NCBI GenBank assembly: GCA_965645245.1
Contig: OZ287073.1
Span: 2,542,001-2,606,000, forward strand
Direction: 5' to 3'
Length of the DNA: 64,000 bases
DNA from: Massalongia carnosa
Lineage: Eukaryota
Positions 1 to 12,700 of this stretch are shown here, one piece after another. The position numbers and the translations under genes were made by a program. How positions within the stretch are numbered: position 1 is the stretch's first letter; every line of letters begins with the position of its first letter. The notes below the pieces were generated by a model. That model was not told the DNA's origin, did not search any database, and was given only the letters and a program-made list of their open reading frames with translations.

Positions 1-101
1 TGAACCCCGAAACTGCGCGGTAAAAAAAAATATTAAGCGACAGAATTGGACCACACAGCAGAATTTGGTGCAGTAGCTAATGGCCCTCCTCCCTTTCACA
101 C

Positions 102-441
102 TATTGTAATTGAAGCTCTGCTGGCATAGTAAAAAGCTCACTTTTGAAACGATTGATCTTTCTATCTACCTATCTAAGGACCGTGTTTATATAGATAGAA
201 AAACATGCCGAAAACCGTTCTCCCTATGACTCACCTTCCTGCTTCCTAGAAATCTAAGATTGGTGATTGACTCATATCCAATTTATGACTCGATGGGAAT
301 GTTCATAGAAGTTTTTGCGGTGCTTCTCGAGGTCGTTATGTGTTGCCTAATGTTCTTACCAACGCACTAATCCCAATGCGGTACTATGTGACTCTGAACA
401 CTTTACTAGGCATCAGCCGGGTGACTTTGCACATTACAACA
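102..441 (-). repeat. 3' LTR of the Copia (TGTTG...CAATA)
   Basis: Direct repeat of 4968-5307, with a purine-rich tract (GTGGGAG on minus) immediately internal. Confidence 0.96.
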
Positions 442-619
442 CTCCCACTGCAAAGTTGCCAGGTGAGTAATAATATCCTAAACGCCGGTTTCCAATCTGA
501 TTTTGTGTGGCCTATGTGGTCAATTTAGGTGGCCTTATGATGAAGCGTCCTCCATCTTCCTATGCCTCTCTTAGGCCTAATTTCTCGCGCAACTTTCGAA
601 AGATAGGTGCCGCCAGTGG

Positions 620-3600
620 TTAAGTGAAGATATCTGCCACCATATCGTGAGTGGATACGTGCTGTATAGTGGCATAGTTGTCTTCAACGACCTCCCGAAG
701 ATAATGAAGCTGAATATCCATATGTTTGGACCGACTATGGTGCTCAGGGTTTTTTATCAAATCGAGCGTACCCTGGTTGTCGCCATTTAGGATAATTGGT
801 AGGTTCATATCTTTGGAGAGTTCAACTCTCCGAACCATCTAGTTGCCCACACTATATCTTTTGAAGCCTGGCACATGGAAGAATACTCTGCTTCCATGGT
901 GGATGTGACGACTGACCGTTGCCTCTTACTGGCCCATATAACTGCCCCGTTTCCTAGCATCAGAACGTGGCCATATGATGATTTTCTATCATGGTTATCA
1001 CCATACGCTGCATCAGCATAACTAGTGGGTCCGGTGTCATTGGGTTCGTAGGTAAGTGCCAAATTCGTGGTCCCATTCAGATATTTCATGAGATGGTCTA
1101 CCGCGTTTCGGTGCCTAATTGCTGGATCGTGCGTATATTGACTAAGCTTTCCAACTGCTTGGGCAATGTCTGGTCGCGTGTTGATCATCAAAAACATCAA
1201 ACTCCCTATCCGTTCTTGATATTCTAATTGGTTTGTCCTAGGTTCGTTGACGATGGCAGGACTGCATGCATCATAGTTGATCATAGGGGTAAGGACTGAA
1301 TTTGCTTTATCCATCTTATATTTCTGCAGGAAGCTGCGAATGTAAGATGATTGGTCAATCATTATTTTGTCTTTCTCGCGACGTATGCGAATCCCTAAGA
1401 TGAACTTTGCTGGCCCTAAGTCTTTCATATTATATTCCTTTATTAGTAGACTTTTGAGCTCCTTTATGGCTGTCATGCTTTTGGAAAATATCAGAAAATC
1501 ATCAACATAAAGGCTAATGATAACGTGGGTAGTGTGATTAACGAACACACAATTGTCTCCTGAGAGCGCTTTGAAACCAATGGATGTTAGATAATTGGTT
1601 ATCTTTTTATTCCATCCTCGGCCAGATTGTTTGAGACCATAGAGTCCTTTCAGAACGCGCAACACATGGTTCGTCAGATGTGGGGGAAGCACCAAGCCTT
1701 GGGGAGGCTCCATATAGATTTCGTCATCTAGGGAGCTTTGCAAGTATGCGTTTGGTGCGTCCATTTGCTCAATATGGAAGTTATATTTACATGCGAAATA
1801 TAGGAGCATTCGTAAGGATTCATACCTTAGGGTGGGTGAAAACGTGTCCCCATAGTCTGTCCCGGGGATTTGTTTGAAGCCCCTTGCTACTAATCGTGCT
1901 TTATAGCGGTCAACATGGTTAGTAGGGGTGTATTTCACTTTGAAGACCCATCTAGCGGTGATGATGTTCTTATCTGCTGGTCTTTCAACATATTTCCATG
2001 TATTATTGGCGGCGAGAGCATTTAATTCGTCTTGAATAGCAATTTTCCATTTGCGATGGTCAGTGCATTGCATGGCCTGATTATATGACTGCGGCTCGTA
2101 CACTTTGGATGGTTGTTTTGCTATATTTGCCCGGTCCCGGTCCTTTTTGTTTCCATAAGAGTTATCGAATTCGTATCGGTTATACACATCTTTCCTGCGG
2201 TTGGAACGTCTGGTAGGTGATGAAGAAGGGGTCCTATTTGTCTCCTGAGTTTGGTTGTTTTGGTGCTGGGCACCTGCATCATCTTGGTGCAGATTATCCT
2301 GAGCACCTGCATCATCATCCTGATGCTGAATACCATCGCCCTGGTGCTGATCACCATTAGTAGGAACTCCCACTTGATCAGTAGTAGGGTGGTTGGTTGG
2401 TGGTGACGATTCATTGTCATCGGAAGAGTCATCGTCATTTAGGACGACGGACGGGGATGATAGGCCTTTTGTAAGTAAGGATCCCCCCGGTCTTTTTTCA
2501 TCAAACTTTATTGAAGTCTGAATTTCCACCTTTTTTGTTTCCACATTGTATAACCTATATTGATTGCTTGAATGATATCCGGTGAATATTGCCTGATATG
2601 ACACATTATCTAGTTTGGAGCGTTTTTCCTTTGGGACATGCACAAAAGAGACGCATCCGAACGTACGAAGAGTGTTGATGTTAGGTCTTAGCCCGGTCCA
2701 AGACTCATTAGGCGACGTGGTGTTGGTGGTAGGTAAGAAGTTTCTGAGGTGGTTTGCTGCTACTGCTGCTTCCCCCCAGAAAGATTGTGGCAATTTGGCC
2801 CATACCAACATAGACCTTACCATTTGAACAATGGTTCTATTGAATCTTTCGGCGACACCGTTCTGCTGGGGCGTGTATGCGGTGGTTGGCTCCATACGAA
2901 TTCCTAATGGCTGAAGTTGCTCTGCGAGATATTTATACTCTTTGGCATTATCAGCACGAAAGCGAATGATTTTGAGCCCCTTTTCCAACTCGACCATTGC
3001 CTTCCAGTCTTTTATGATGCGGTATATGTCTGCCCTACTTTTCACACAGAAGAGCCAAGATTTTCGGGTATAGTCGTCTATCAAAGAAACGAAATAGGTA
3101 TGCCCACCTAAACTGGCCTTCTTATATGGACCCCAAACGTCAGTATGTATTCTATCGAGTGGTCTATTTGCCTTCGAGAAAGGAATTTTGCTGATTGTAC
3201 GGGTCATCTTAGTTAAATTGCAAATCTGGCACGGTAGGTCCAGAATTGCCTTTGAAAATTTCTTCCCTGTTGCTTGTTGAAGTCGTATATCATTGGGGTG
3301 CCCCAATCGTGTGTGCCATAACCAATATTGGGCCTCATTGGTGGCCTCATTGGTGGTCTCTTTGGATGCTCCCACTGGATCGCTATCGATGCAGTCAGGG
3401 GTAATAGGAGGAGGAGTTTTGGGTTGAATTTCGCCGGAGGAAAGCGAGGTCAGATATGTGGTTGATTTAAGGTTTGCCGGTAGTTCGGGGCCATCTAAAT
3501 CATCATTTTCATCATGGGCTTCGAGGGCCACATGAGATGTGTGGAGGAAGTACGCCCGTCCCCTAAGAATTCCGGTAGCGACCAAAGTACCATCCCTGAA

Positions 3601-4845
3601 AATCTCGACACCTCTCCGGTTAAATGAAACGTTCAAACCCTTCCGATTAAGGGCTGCAATTGATAGCAAGTTGACGTCTAGTTCAGGCACGAATAGAACG
3701 TTTGTCATCCGGATATTTTTCCCATCGATATTGGTGCAAATCGTACCTACTCCTACGGAGAAGAGTTTTTCGCCGTTTGCAATTCTAATGGTGGTCCGGT
3801 ATGGCTTGATTTGGGTGAAGATCGATTTGTTGTATGTCATATGCCTGGAGGCTCCTGAGTCGATTACCCATCCAGGTGAGTGTTGATCATCTTGCGCCAT
3901 CCACGCACTATTCTCACTATCACTATTCGATTCATCCTTTGCTGCTCGTGCTGCCCCCCTTCCTCTCGGTTTGTTTTTGGACTGCTTGTTATCACTCTTT
4001 GATTTTCGGTTATTTTCTGGTCTAGGTTTCACCTCATTAGGGTGTTCTTTGACCCATTTTTTACCTTCATCTGTGTTGTCCTGCCAGTCCCAGCAATCAT
4101 TGCTATTATGCCTCTTTGGGCAATGTGAGCATTTGGGGATTGCCTTACCCTTGTTAATGGCCTTATTGGCCGTCTCGGTCTCTTGCCCATCTTTTAGTCG
4201 TTGCTCCACCCGTTTTAGGCTTTCCAGAGTCTTTTCTAATGTGGGATCACCAAGGTCTTCAAGGATGAACTTCGCGGTGTCATAAGCTGGGTCCTTAATG
4301 GCGTTCATGAGGGTCATGGCCACAGACAGATCTGATGGCTGTTCTGAAGTCTTTATATCTGCGATTTCCATCGCAAGGTTCTGCAATTCATTGGCGACCT
4401 CATCGATGGGTTGATCGACTGACATTTCATATGTATAGAATTTTCTGTGAAGCACACATATTCTGCTTTTGGCTTTGACTCCATGGACGTTCCTCAATGC
4501 TGCCCAAACATCCTTTGCGGTCTCCTTGTTCCTAACAGTGACATATTGAGACTTTTCTATATTGCCCCTGATCCAGAGCTGTGCCTGAGTGTCATCAGTA
4601 AACCATTCCTCATAGTCTTTTGGATGGGTGACAGGGTCTGGAGAAGAAATGGCCCCGTTTACTATCCTCCACATCCTTTTAGATTTGAGAAGAAGTTGCA
4701 TGTCATCGGCCCAGGTCAGATAGTTGTTGGACCCAAGCTTCGGCTCTACTTTATAGTCTCCTTTTCGAATGGCTTTTGAATATGATCCATCAGGGGTTGT
4801 GCCCTCTTTCGCGGGAGCTGCGGAATCGCTCTCTTTTCCAGACAT
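620..4845 (-). CDS. Copia gag-pol polyprotein with one frameshift in the RNase H C-terminus (~820)
   Basis: ORF 805-4845 has CSHCPKRHNSNDC knuckle, WVIDSGAS protease, WHTRLGH/HTDVWGP/NGVAERFNRT integrase, YKARLVARG/LYGLKQ/LYVDD RT and YADA RNase H. ORF 620-838 supplies DNQG...SKHMDI...MVADIFT. Confidence 0.95.
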
Positions 4846-4967
4846 GGTCCAATAATAGGAGAACTGATGGATGGAACGAAGAGAAGTATGGCTTCGTAAC
4901 TTTGAAAAACAACAGAATAGATAGATTAATTTATGCGGAAGAAAAATTGCTTTCCGGGCTCATAACC

Positions 4968-5307
4968 TATTGTAATTGAAGCTCTGCTGGCATAGTAAAA
5001 AGCTCACTTTTGAAACGATTGATCTTTCTATCTACCTATCTAAGGACCGTGTTTATATAGATAGAAAAACATGCCGAAAACCGTTCTCCCTATGACTCAC
5101 CTTCCTGCTTCCTAGAAATCTAAGATTGGTGATTGACTCATATCCAATTTATGACTCGATGGGAATGTTCATAGAAGTTTTTGCGGTGCTTCTCGAGGTC
5201 GTTATGTGTTGCCTAATGTTCTTACCAACGCACTAATCCCAATGCGGTACTATGTGACTCTGAACACTTTACTAGGCATCAGCCGGGTGACTTTGCACAT
5301 TACAACA
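4968..5307 (-). repeat. 5' LTR of the Copia
   Basis: Direct repeat of 102-441; followed on minus by the PBS at 4956-4967. Confidence 0.96.
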
Positions 5308-5398
5308 CACACCACCTTTTGCAGTCTGTAGGATAAATGATATGTAGTGTTTTCATGTAGATCTTTATTCTTGCTACCTCGTAGTTTCAAAAGCAAAC

Positions 5399-6737
5399 AT
5401 GGGACGATCATTCAGCATCATCAAACGCCAGGCTATAAAGTTCAGACTGGAATCGGATGAAGATGCTACTGGTGTCAGCATTAGACAACTACGTAAGATG
5501 AGACATAATTGGGAACATTTCAGTGAGGTTGCAAAACCTCAGCTTGCTAGTGGCCGGCGCAAGAAAATGAATCAACAACAAATCGAGCAAGTACTCATGT
5601 ATCTGGATCAGAGACCTACCTCTTATTTGGACGAGATATGCTGGTTTTTGTATGATGAATTCGACGTCTTGGTGAGCGAGTCTACGGTTTCTCGAACTCT
5701 TAAGCAGATGGCCTGGAATCGAAAGATGGCTATTCGTATAGCATAACAACGCAACCAATCTTTGCGTGATGAGAAGATGATTAGACTGGGAGGATGGAGG
5801 GCTGATCAGTTGATTTTCTGGACGAAAGCGCTACATGCGAGCATACTGGTCAGTACTATTTGAAGAACTTCAGTTTCTTTGCTAATTGTTATTACTTTAG
5901 GTGATCGTCGATATGGATGGGCCGCACCAGGAATCAAACCGACCATGATTCAAGCGCTCAAACTTTCTAAGAGATGGAGTATATTACTAGCGTTCACCAT
6001 CGACGGTTTCATAGCTTGGGAGGTGCATCATGGCTCTATAATATCAGATATTCTGAATGAATTCGTCAGGCTCAAGGCTTTACCATATGTACTGCGCTGG
6101 AGGTAATGGTCCTCGTTCGGTTTTGATTATGGATAATGCCTCTATACATTGGAGTGAGGAATTGAGGATCATGTGTCAGGATGCATATGTTTTGCTGGTT
6201 CATTTGCCTCCGTAATCACCCGATTTTAATCCAATAGAGACTTCATTCTCTATTCTTAAGGCCTGGATTAAACGTCACAGTAGTTTAATTGATTCATATA
6301 TAGAGGAATCTGGTGGATTTGGGAGATTTTTAGAAGATGCACTTGTTAGCTGGTAAGGACTAACATCTAACATCCATCTAGTTATTAGATGGTAAGAACT
6401 GTTAGAGGGTAAGTGTTAGATGGTAAGAACTGTTAGACTACCATCATGGGCATCCGTCTAGTGCCTATCTTTGGTGACCCTACCACGGGGGCCGAAGTGA
6501 CCTCTGGGGACCGAGAATCAGTGGACCAGCTGACTCCCTATGAAAGAGGGTCGCCGGAAAGTCTTCAATGTGACTGCTATATAATGAGTAGATAGCTCAC
6601 ATATAATCCACACCTTCAATGACAATCATGCTATTATACCTACAAAGTGAAGTTATATTTTCATAGCAGTACAGGCTATAAGTGAAGATGTTTCACATGA
6701 TGCAGGTGCATTGTTTCGACAGTCTAGTATTGAATAA
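5399..6737 (+). pseudogene. Tc1/IS630-family DD34E transposase (stops, frameshifts, probable intron ~5849-5900, solo LTR insertion)
   Basis: HTH segment YLDEICWFLYDEFDVLVSESTVSRTLK, then DES, DRRYGWA and MDNASIH...LPP*SPDFNPIE with 34 residues between D and E. The C-terminus resumes after the LTR (AVQAISED...SIE*). Confidence 0.88.
6344..6665 (+). repeat. Solo LTR (Copia-type family shared with 48483-48798 and 61629-61903)
   Basis: TGTTAG...TTCATA with near-TSD GCACT/GCAGT. Shares CCTTCAATGACAATCATGCTA with the other two copies. Confidence 0.75.
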
Positions 6738-6761
6738 AACTCATAAAAATCAATTTCCTCA

Positions 6762-7569
6762 TCAGCTACTGTCTTCCGTATCATCCTCCTCGTCCTCCTC
6801 ATCATCCTCATCCTCCTCGTCCTCCTCGTCCTCCTGATTGTCCTCCTCCTCTTCCTCCTCCTCGTCCTCGTCAAGGTCCTCCTCCTTCTCCTCTCCCTCC
6901 TCCTCGTCATTCAAAGCCTTTTGTGTAGTCCTAGTAGTTAGCGGACGTACATTGAAGCTTGGCCGGAAATTCTTTGGCAAAGATTGACTGGAGGAACGTG
7001 ATTCTGATGGAGGAGGAGGAACAATTATAGGTTCAGAATCGTGCTCGGATGATTGCTGCTTCAATTGTCTAGCAAATTTGCTGACATCGCGAGCCAAACG
7101 TATGCCGATGCCAGGTTCGATTCCCATTTTCTCCCATTTTTCCTCATAAACAGTACCTTTCCACTGCTGAATGGTTTGGTTTGTAAATCAGAGTAAACAA
7201 AACAGGCTCGGGCTCAGGCTCAGGCTCAGGTTCAGGAGCACTAGATAGCTCGGAAAGACAAGGAGAAGGCGTACTACTGCGAGTCGGACGAACATTCCTT
7301 GGCTCGGGGAGGAGGAGACGATGAGGAGGTAAAGGCGAAGCCGAAGGAGAAGCTGGAGGAGATGGTAAAGGTGGACGTGATGGAAGATCAGGAATACGGG
7401 CATTTAAAACTGGTGATGATGATCTAGGAGGATTGATTCTAAGCCTTTGTTTAAATGAAGGTGCTGAGTTCCTAGGTAATTCAGTAGTAGATGCTCGTTT
7501 TCATGATTGTTTGGAGGGCTGTTTGGGGGGCTGTTTTGAAGGCTGTTTAGGAGGCTGTTTTCGAGGCAT
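6762..7569 (-). pseudogene. Second, convergent ORF inside the Tc1 TIRs (KQPP/KQPS repeats, S/P-rich, long acidic tail); function unknown
   Basis: ATG at 7569 gives MPRKQPPKQPSKQPPKQPSKQS*. The downstream part reads ...WEKMGIEPGIGIRLARDV... and ends in poly-D/E at 6762. Confidence 0.5.
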
Positions 7570-8202
7570 GATGACTGGAATAACTACGTTGAAAGTTCAT
7601 ACAAACGACAATCAAAAGGATATCATTAACCATATTATCCTATAGACTGCAAAGGGCAGTGTGAAGGGGAGGAGGGCTATTAGCTATGTACTGCACCAAA
7701 TTCTGGTGTGTGGTCCAATTCTGTCGCTTATTTTTTTTTTTTTTACCGCGCAGTTTCGGGGTTCAAAGTTCGGCACACCATTTTGCAAACGGGTGTATCT
7801 AGCGTAAGCTAATTCCAGACCAAACTCCAGCATCAATACCAGCTCCCCCAGCATCAACATCAAACGCTCTAGCTCCAGTATCAGCTGCCCCAGCACTGTG
7901 ATTGTGGGTTTGCACGTACTTCCCCTGCGCGTAGTCCCTACGGTAGCTCGGAAAATAACAGTGGGGGATACTCCTCCGACATGGTGCACGCTCAGCCGGA
8001 TCAGTCTACGACATCACCTCGCCTCTTCCCCTTGCGCGTACTCAGTTTTAGAAAGTTCACCTATGCAGAATTTAGGTTGGCGATGACAGTCTAAGAGATC
8101 TGAATCCCTCAGGAGACTAAGTCCACAGGAGCTATTATACCTTACGAGCTCCAGGTCCTTACGATAATGCTCTTAGGAGTGATTTCAGATAGGTAAAAGA
8201 CA

Positions 8203-9600
8203 CTATCGCTCAAGGTCCAAGAGATTTGTTGGCCACTCAGCGGGGTTCTGATTAACAAAGGCTTTTGCCTGTTCTCTGAAATCAATGCATATGCAGCGGA
8301 TTCTGAGGTTGAGACGCGCCTCAACAGCAGCAACAAATTTCTCGCAATCAAGACACATTTTCCTGCTAACTAATATCGTTGCTTTACGCAGGGATACAGG
8401 CGGCTGCGCAAGGTAGATTCCCTGAAGAAAGGCTGTAATCGTTCTGCTGTCAATCTCATATTGGGCCGTTTCCAAGACTTCGTCATCGAGAAAGACGTGC
8501 TTGCTGAAAAGATAGGCTATCAACTGTTTCTCGGCGTGAGAGGCAAAGAACTTCCCCAGACGCCTCTGATCGATTTCAGGACTTGCTGGTAGTTGGTGCT
8601 CAACTAACCGACATATTCGGAAGACCTCTTCAGTCCAGTCTCCCCGCTAACCGTGATCAATTCCTCTTCATGGTGGCCCCATCCGCTCATAGCGTCGACC
8701 GGTGGGAACGGAAGCCCTTTGTCTAGTCGGGCTATAGTCTTGGATTGCCTAGAGATAGTGAAGCTCTTGACTGACGCAGACAGTTCTGATGACGAGGTTT
8801 GAGGTGATTGATGGAAAGAAAATTGGGAATAATCCGGATCAATAGAATTTGCTGTGCGAAGAGGGATCAGAGACGGGGCGGATTGATTTTGGAGCAACTG
8901 GACAATTGCTTTGCGCTCCTTATCGGCGTTGTAGGTATGTTCCTTGTAGACTGCACCAACTCTTCTATCTCTTTCATCAGAATTTCTGTCACTAGGAGAG
9001 GCAAGGTTGGAAGCTGTGCGTCCATGGTGATCGCTAAGAGTCCTGTCTGCACCATGTCTGAGTAAAACTTGGGCGTTCTCATCCCTACCCCATAGAGCGG
9101 CTTCCATTAATAGAGTCCTTCCTCTCCTATTACGTCCATTGACTTTGGCACCATTATCCAACAAAGAGCCACCATGCTTGGTGATCTTTCTGCAGCAGCG
9201 TAGTTTAAAGTCGTGTCTCCATTCTCATCCATGCCCTGTATGAATATATGCTGCTCGGCTGTTGTCTTGAGGTAATTCTCTACTTCTCTGACGTGACCAA
9301 GGATGCAGTCGGATATAGTGCAGTCAATTATCTTCTGCGAGAGTGTACCGTCCGGATCAGTTGAATTGTGGCCAGGTAGTGTGAAGATTGTCATTTCTGT
9401 GGCATCGTTGAAGGAGACCGATTGCTCATATTCGTCCATGAGATTCAAATCTGATGCTAGACTTCCAGCAAGCTTTGTAATTTCTTCGGGTTCTGGGTCC
9501 TGCGGAATTCCTACAGTCACGAATCTCCCCCTTTCCTTATCAATCTCGTATGCCACATGCTGTGTTGTTCGACTAAACGGAAAGCTGAATTGATAACCAT
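8203..9600 (-). pseudogene. Ankyrin-repeat protein with C-terminal zinc-dependent cytidine-deaminase-fold domain (SsdA/DYW-like); two frameshifts, 5' end uncertain
   Basis: Ankyrins GDTTLNYAA and GRTLLMEAALWGR. Reading across the ~8640 frameshift gives DWTEEVFRICRLVEHQLP...GKFFASHAEKQLIAY...ILVSRKMCLDC (HAE + CxxC). Confidence 0.8.
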
Positions 9601-9786
9601 GGGCGATCTGATAATACCTGTTCCTATTCCACCTTCTTCCTTATAACTGCATCTCTCAACTCTCTCGTCGGAGACTGAACAACCCGTAGGGAAGAACTTC
9701 GTTTTTCACTAAGAAGCACGTACCTATCATGTCAGAATTCTAGAATCTGTGAACCTACTGTAAGTGATGATCTTAGGTGGTGGCTC

Positions 9787-12700
9787 CGAGGTGCTTAGGG
9801 ACAGTCCCCCCCCGACCGTCCCCCCCCCCCCCCCCCTTGTGTAAATCTTTGCTAGTAAACAGCCATTTCACTGCTTATCCAGGGTGCGTACAAGCTAGTA
9901 ATGCAACTGCCAACAGCACACTAAACTCTTTTCGGTTTAAATCGTATGACGTGTTATTGCTACTAATAATTACCCTACTCGGTCTAATAAAGCATACCCT
10001 CACCCACCCCCACCCTCACCCTCACCCTCACTTACCATTTGCCCTTGCCCTTGTCCTAACCCTTTGCCCTCCCTAGATCTCCCCTTCCACTTATGCTATA
10101 CCTCATATTATATATTTTACTACTCCTCATCGCGATGGAGTTCGATCCCACTTCTTTGGATGCACGGAAGCAACATGCCATTGCCCTTCTACCCCCACCT
10201 CACCTCCTCCCTCCGCAAGAGAATGAGTTATTTCGTCTTGGGAGGAGGCAAAGACTCGTCTTCAAGACTATGCCTTCACCCAAGGCTTCGCGTTGGTCAC
10301 AGAAACTCACGATAAGAAAAACCATTTAATTGTATTAGACTGCACACGCCACCACAAAAGAGTTAGAAACACTAGAAAGGTAGAGGAGAAAGACCGGGTG
10401 CGAGCCAATACCAAAGTTTCGTTCAATGAGTGCCCTTATCGCCTCCGTCTCAAAAAAAACAAAGACAATGCATGGAGACTAATAGTCACTAACTCCGAGC
10501 ACAATCATGAGATGGCCACTGATCCCTTTGCATTCAGAGAACATCATAGTAGGGACCCTGATCGAACAGATGCCCTAGATCAAGGGAAGAGTCTCCGTGC
10601 ATCGTCAACCCAATATGGCCAAGCAGCGAGAATATTAGGAATCCAAGGACTCCGTCTGTCGAGGAGCGATTATTATAATCTCGCTCATTCGGAGGGAGCT
10701 CACACGCCTGAAGAAGAGCTTCTTTTTGCCTTGGGCTCGTTGAAAGACAGGGGCTTTCATATACGGTGTAAGGAAAAATATATTGTTAAGAATAATGTGC
10801 GTGAGAGACGGGTGATAGAACAATTTTTTTTTTGCAATGCAGAGCAAATTAGGCTGGCTCGACGTTTCGTGGGTGGGTTTTTATTAGAAACGGATGCAAC
10901 GTTCAATACTAATAAATTGAACTTGCCTTTATCCGTTTGGTTGGAATCACTAACACCGACCTTTCGTTTCCCGTCGCTTATTGCTATATAACTTCCGAAT
11001 CGGCCGAATGTTTCACTTTTATTTTCGAATGTATGAAAGAGTTGATTTTTCATGATGATTGCCCCGGGCCTGGGGTTATTCTCGGGGATTTTTGCAGCTG
11101 GGTTGACTGTAGCCATGCAAAGAAAAGCTAAAGCTCCGGCAATTGATCTCGATGCTGCATTGACCATTGCAAGAGAGGTCGCCGAAAATCTAAACCAATC
11201 AACGATGAAAGCGGGCGAGGAGAGATGCGTTTTGCAGCTGTGCACGTGGCATGCGGCCGAGGCAATAAAAAAACGACTGATCAAGGCAGGAAAATATCCC
11301 CAAGAAGTGCGCAAAAAGCTGGAGACTCTGATTTGGGATTATATAAAATCCCCCACTATTGATGAGTTGGATGAGAGACGAAGAAAGTTGCTGAATGAAC
11401 ATCATCCCGCAGAAAAGGTTAGTAGTGATATATCAAATTAAATTTCAAGCGAGTTAGGGCTACTGCTAACGCTACCTCTTTCGCAGGATTATCTCTTGAA
11501 TTTCTATCAACGTCAAGAAATTCAATTCGTGCATGCATATACTACTAAACTCCCTAATTTAGGCGCACACAGCACACAGCGTTCAGAAGGTCTACATTCA
11601 TTGCTTAAAAATGTGACCAATAGAAATACTCCTATAAGACAATCGGTGCAGAAAATATGTGATGCGGTGCGGAAAAAACAATTAGATCAGGAGATTTTGT
11701 GCAATCAACAGCGAATACGCAATCCTAGATTGATCGATAGAAATGCTTTTACGTTACTCATTGGGAAAATTACGCATCATGCCATTGGCCTCGTTTCAAG
11801 AGAACTCGATGCCGCCAAATCATTAGCTGAACGAATCCTTTCTATTGTCCCTGATGGTGGAAGCTGTGTTTATGATTGTGAATTGCCTTTAAGGTACGGT
11901 CTCCCATGCAAATGCTGGTTGTATAAATGCATCATCGACTCGGTCCCTATTCCCGTTTCCCTCATCCACCCCCGCTGGTTTTTGAATGGCCCACCTTATG
12001 CGGTCTCTTGGCAAATGACCTTCGATTTCGCTCGCGGCTCGGAGCCCGAGGTCGAAAAGATCGTCGATGAGGTCGAAGGGACGGGAGAGATTGAGGCGGA
12101 TAAGGATGAGGTCGAGCTCGAAGAAGGCGTGTTGAGTGAGGATAGATTTCGCCGCGGGGGCCTTGATTTGCTACATTCTGTGGCATATCAATCTATTGAC
12201 CTGCATCAATCAATAGAAGATTCTCATCGAAGGGAGGAGTACGCTCGCGAGCATGCTCACATCGTTGAAAAGTTCAATAAGAAATGGCAAAAGAAGGAGC
12301 TGGTAAGACCTCTCATCCCCACCACATTCCCCGACGAAATTCGGCCCAAAGAAAACCTCATGTATAAGAAAGGAGGGAGTCGTCGACGTGCCTACACTGG
12401 TCGCGAGGCAGCTGAGGCTAGAGAAACTGAACAGCGACGTACTAGGCGAAGGGACTATTGAACAAGGGAGGAGGCTTAGATATAATAGATTGCGTGCTGG
12501 GGGCGACGATGAGGTTGAAGGTGAAACAGAAGGTAAAATTCACGATGGTGGAAAGTTATTGCGCTCGGGTCGGCTAATATTGGGTACAATAGGTTTAGGA
12601 GAAAACTTAGTTATGGAGAGAATCAAAAACGCGTCTATCGTCTCCGACGACGATGACGAGGTGCAGTATATAAGCACTCAGCCCATTCTCGGTCGTTCTA

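Larger units (their letters stand above)
102..5307 (-). mobile_element. Full-length Ty1/Copia LTR retrotransposon, very young
   Basis: 340-bp LTRs at 102-441 and 4968-5307 look identical by eye. TSD CACAC at 97-101 and 5308-5312. PBS GGTTATGAGCCC next to the 5' LTR. gag-PR-INT-RT-RH domain order. Confidence 0.97.
1..7795 (+). mobile_element. Tc1/mariner-IS630 (DD34E) DNA transposon with long imperfect TIRs; left end lies just outside the window; carries a Copia and a solo LTR
   Basis: 1-101 plus 5313-~5345 is an imperfect reverse complement of ~7631-7765. The right TIR appears to continue to ...AAACGGGTG (7795) followed by TA. A DD34E transposase lies inside. Confidence 0.85.
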
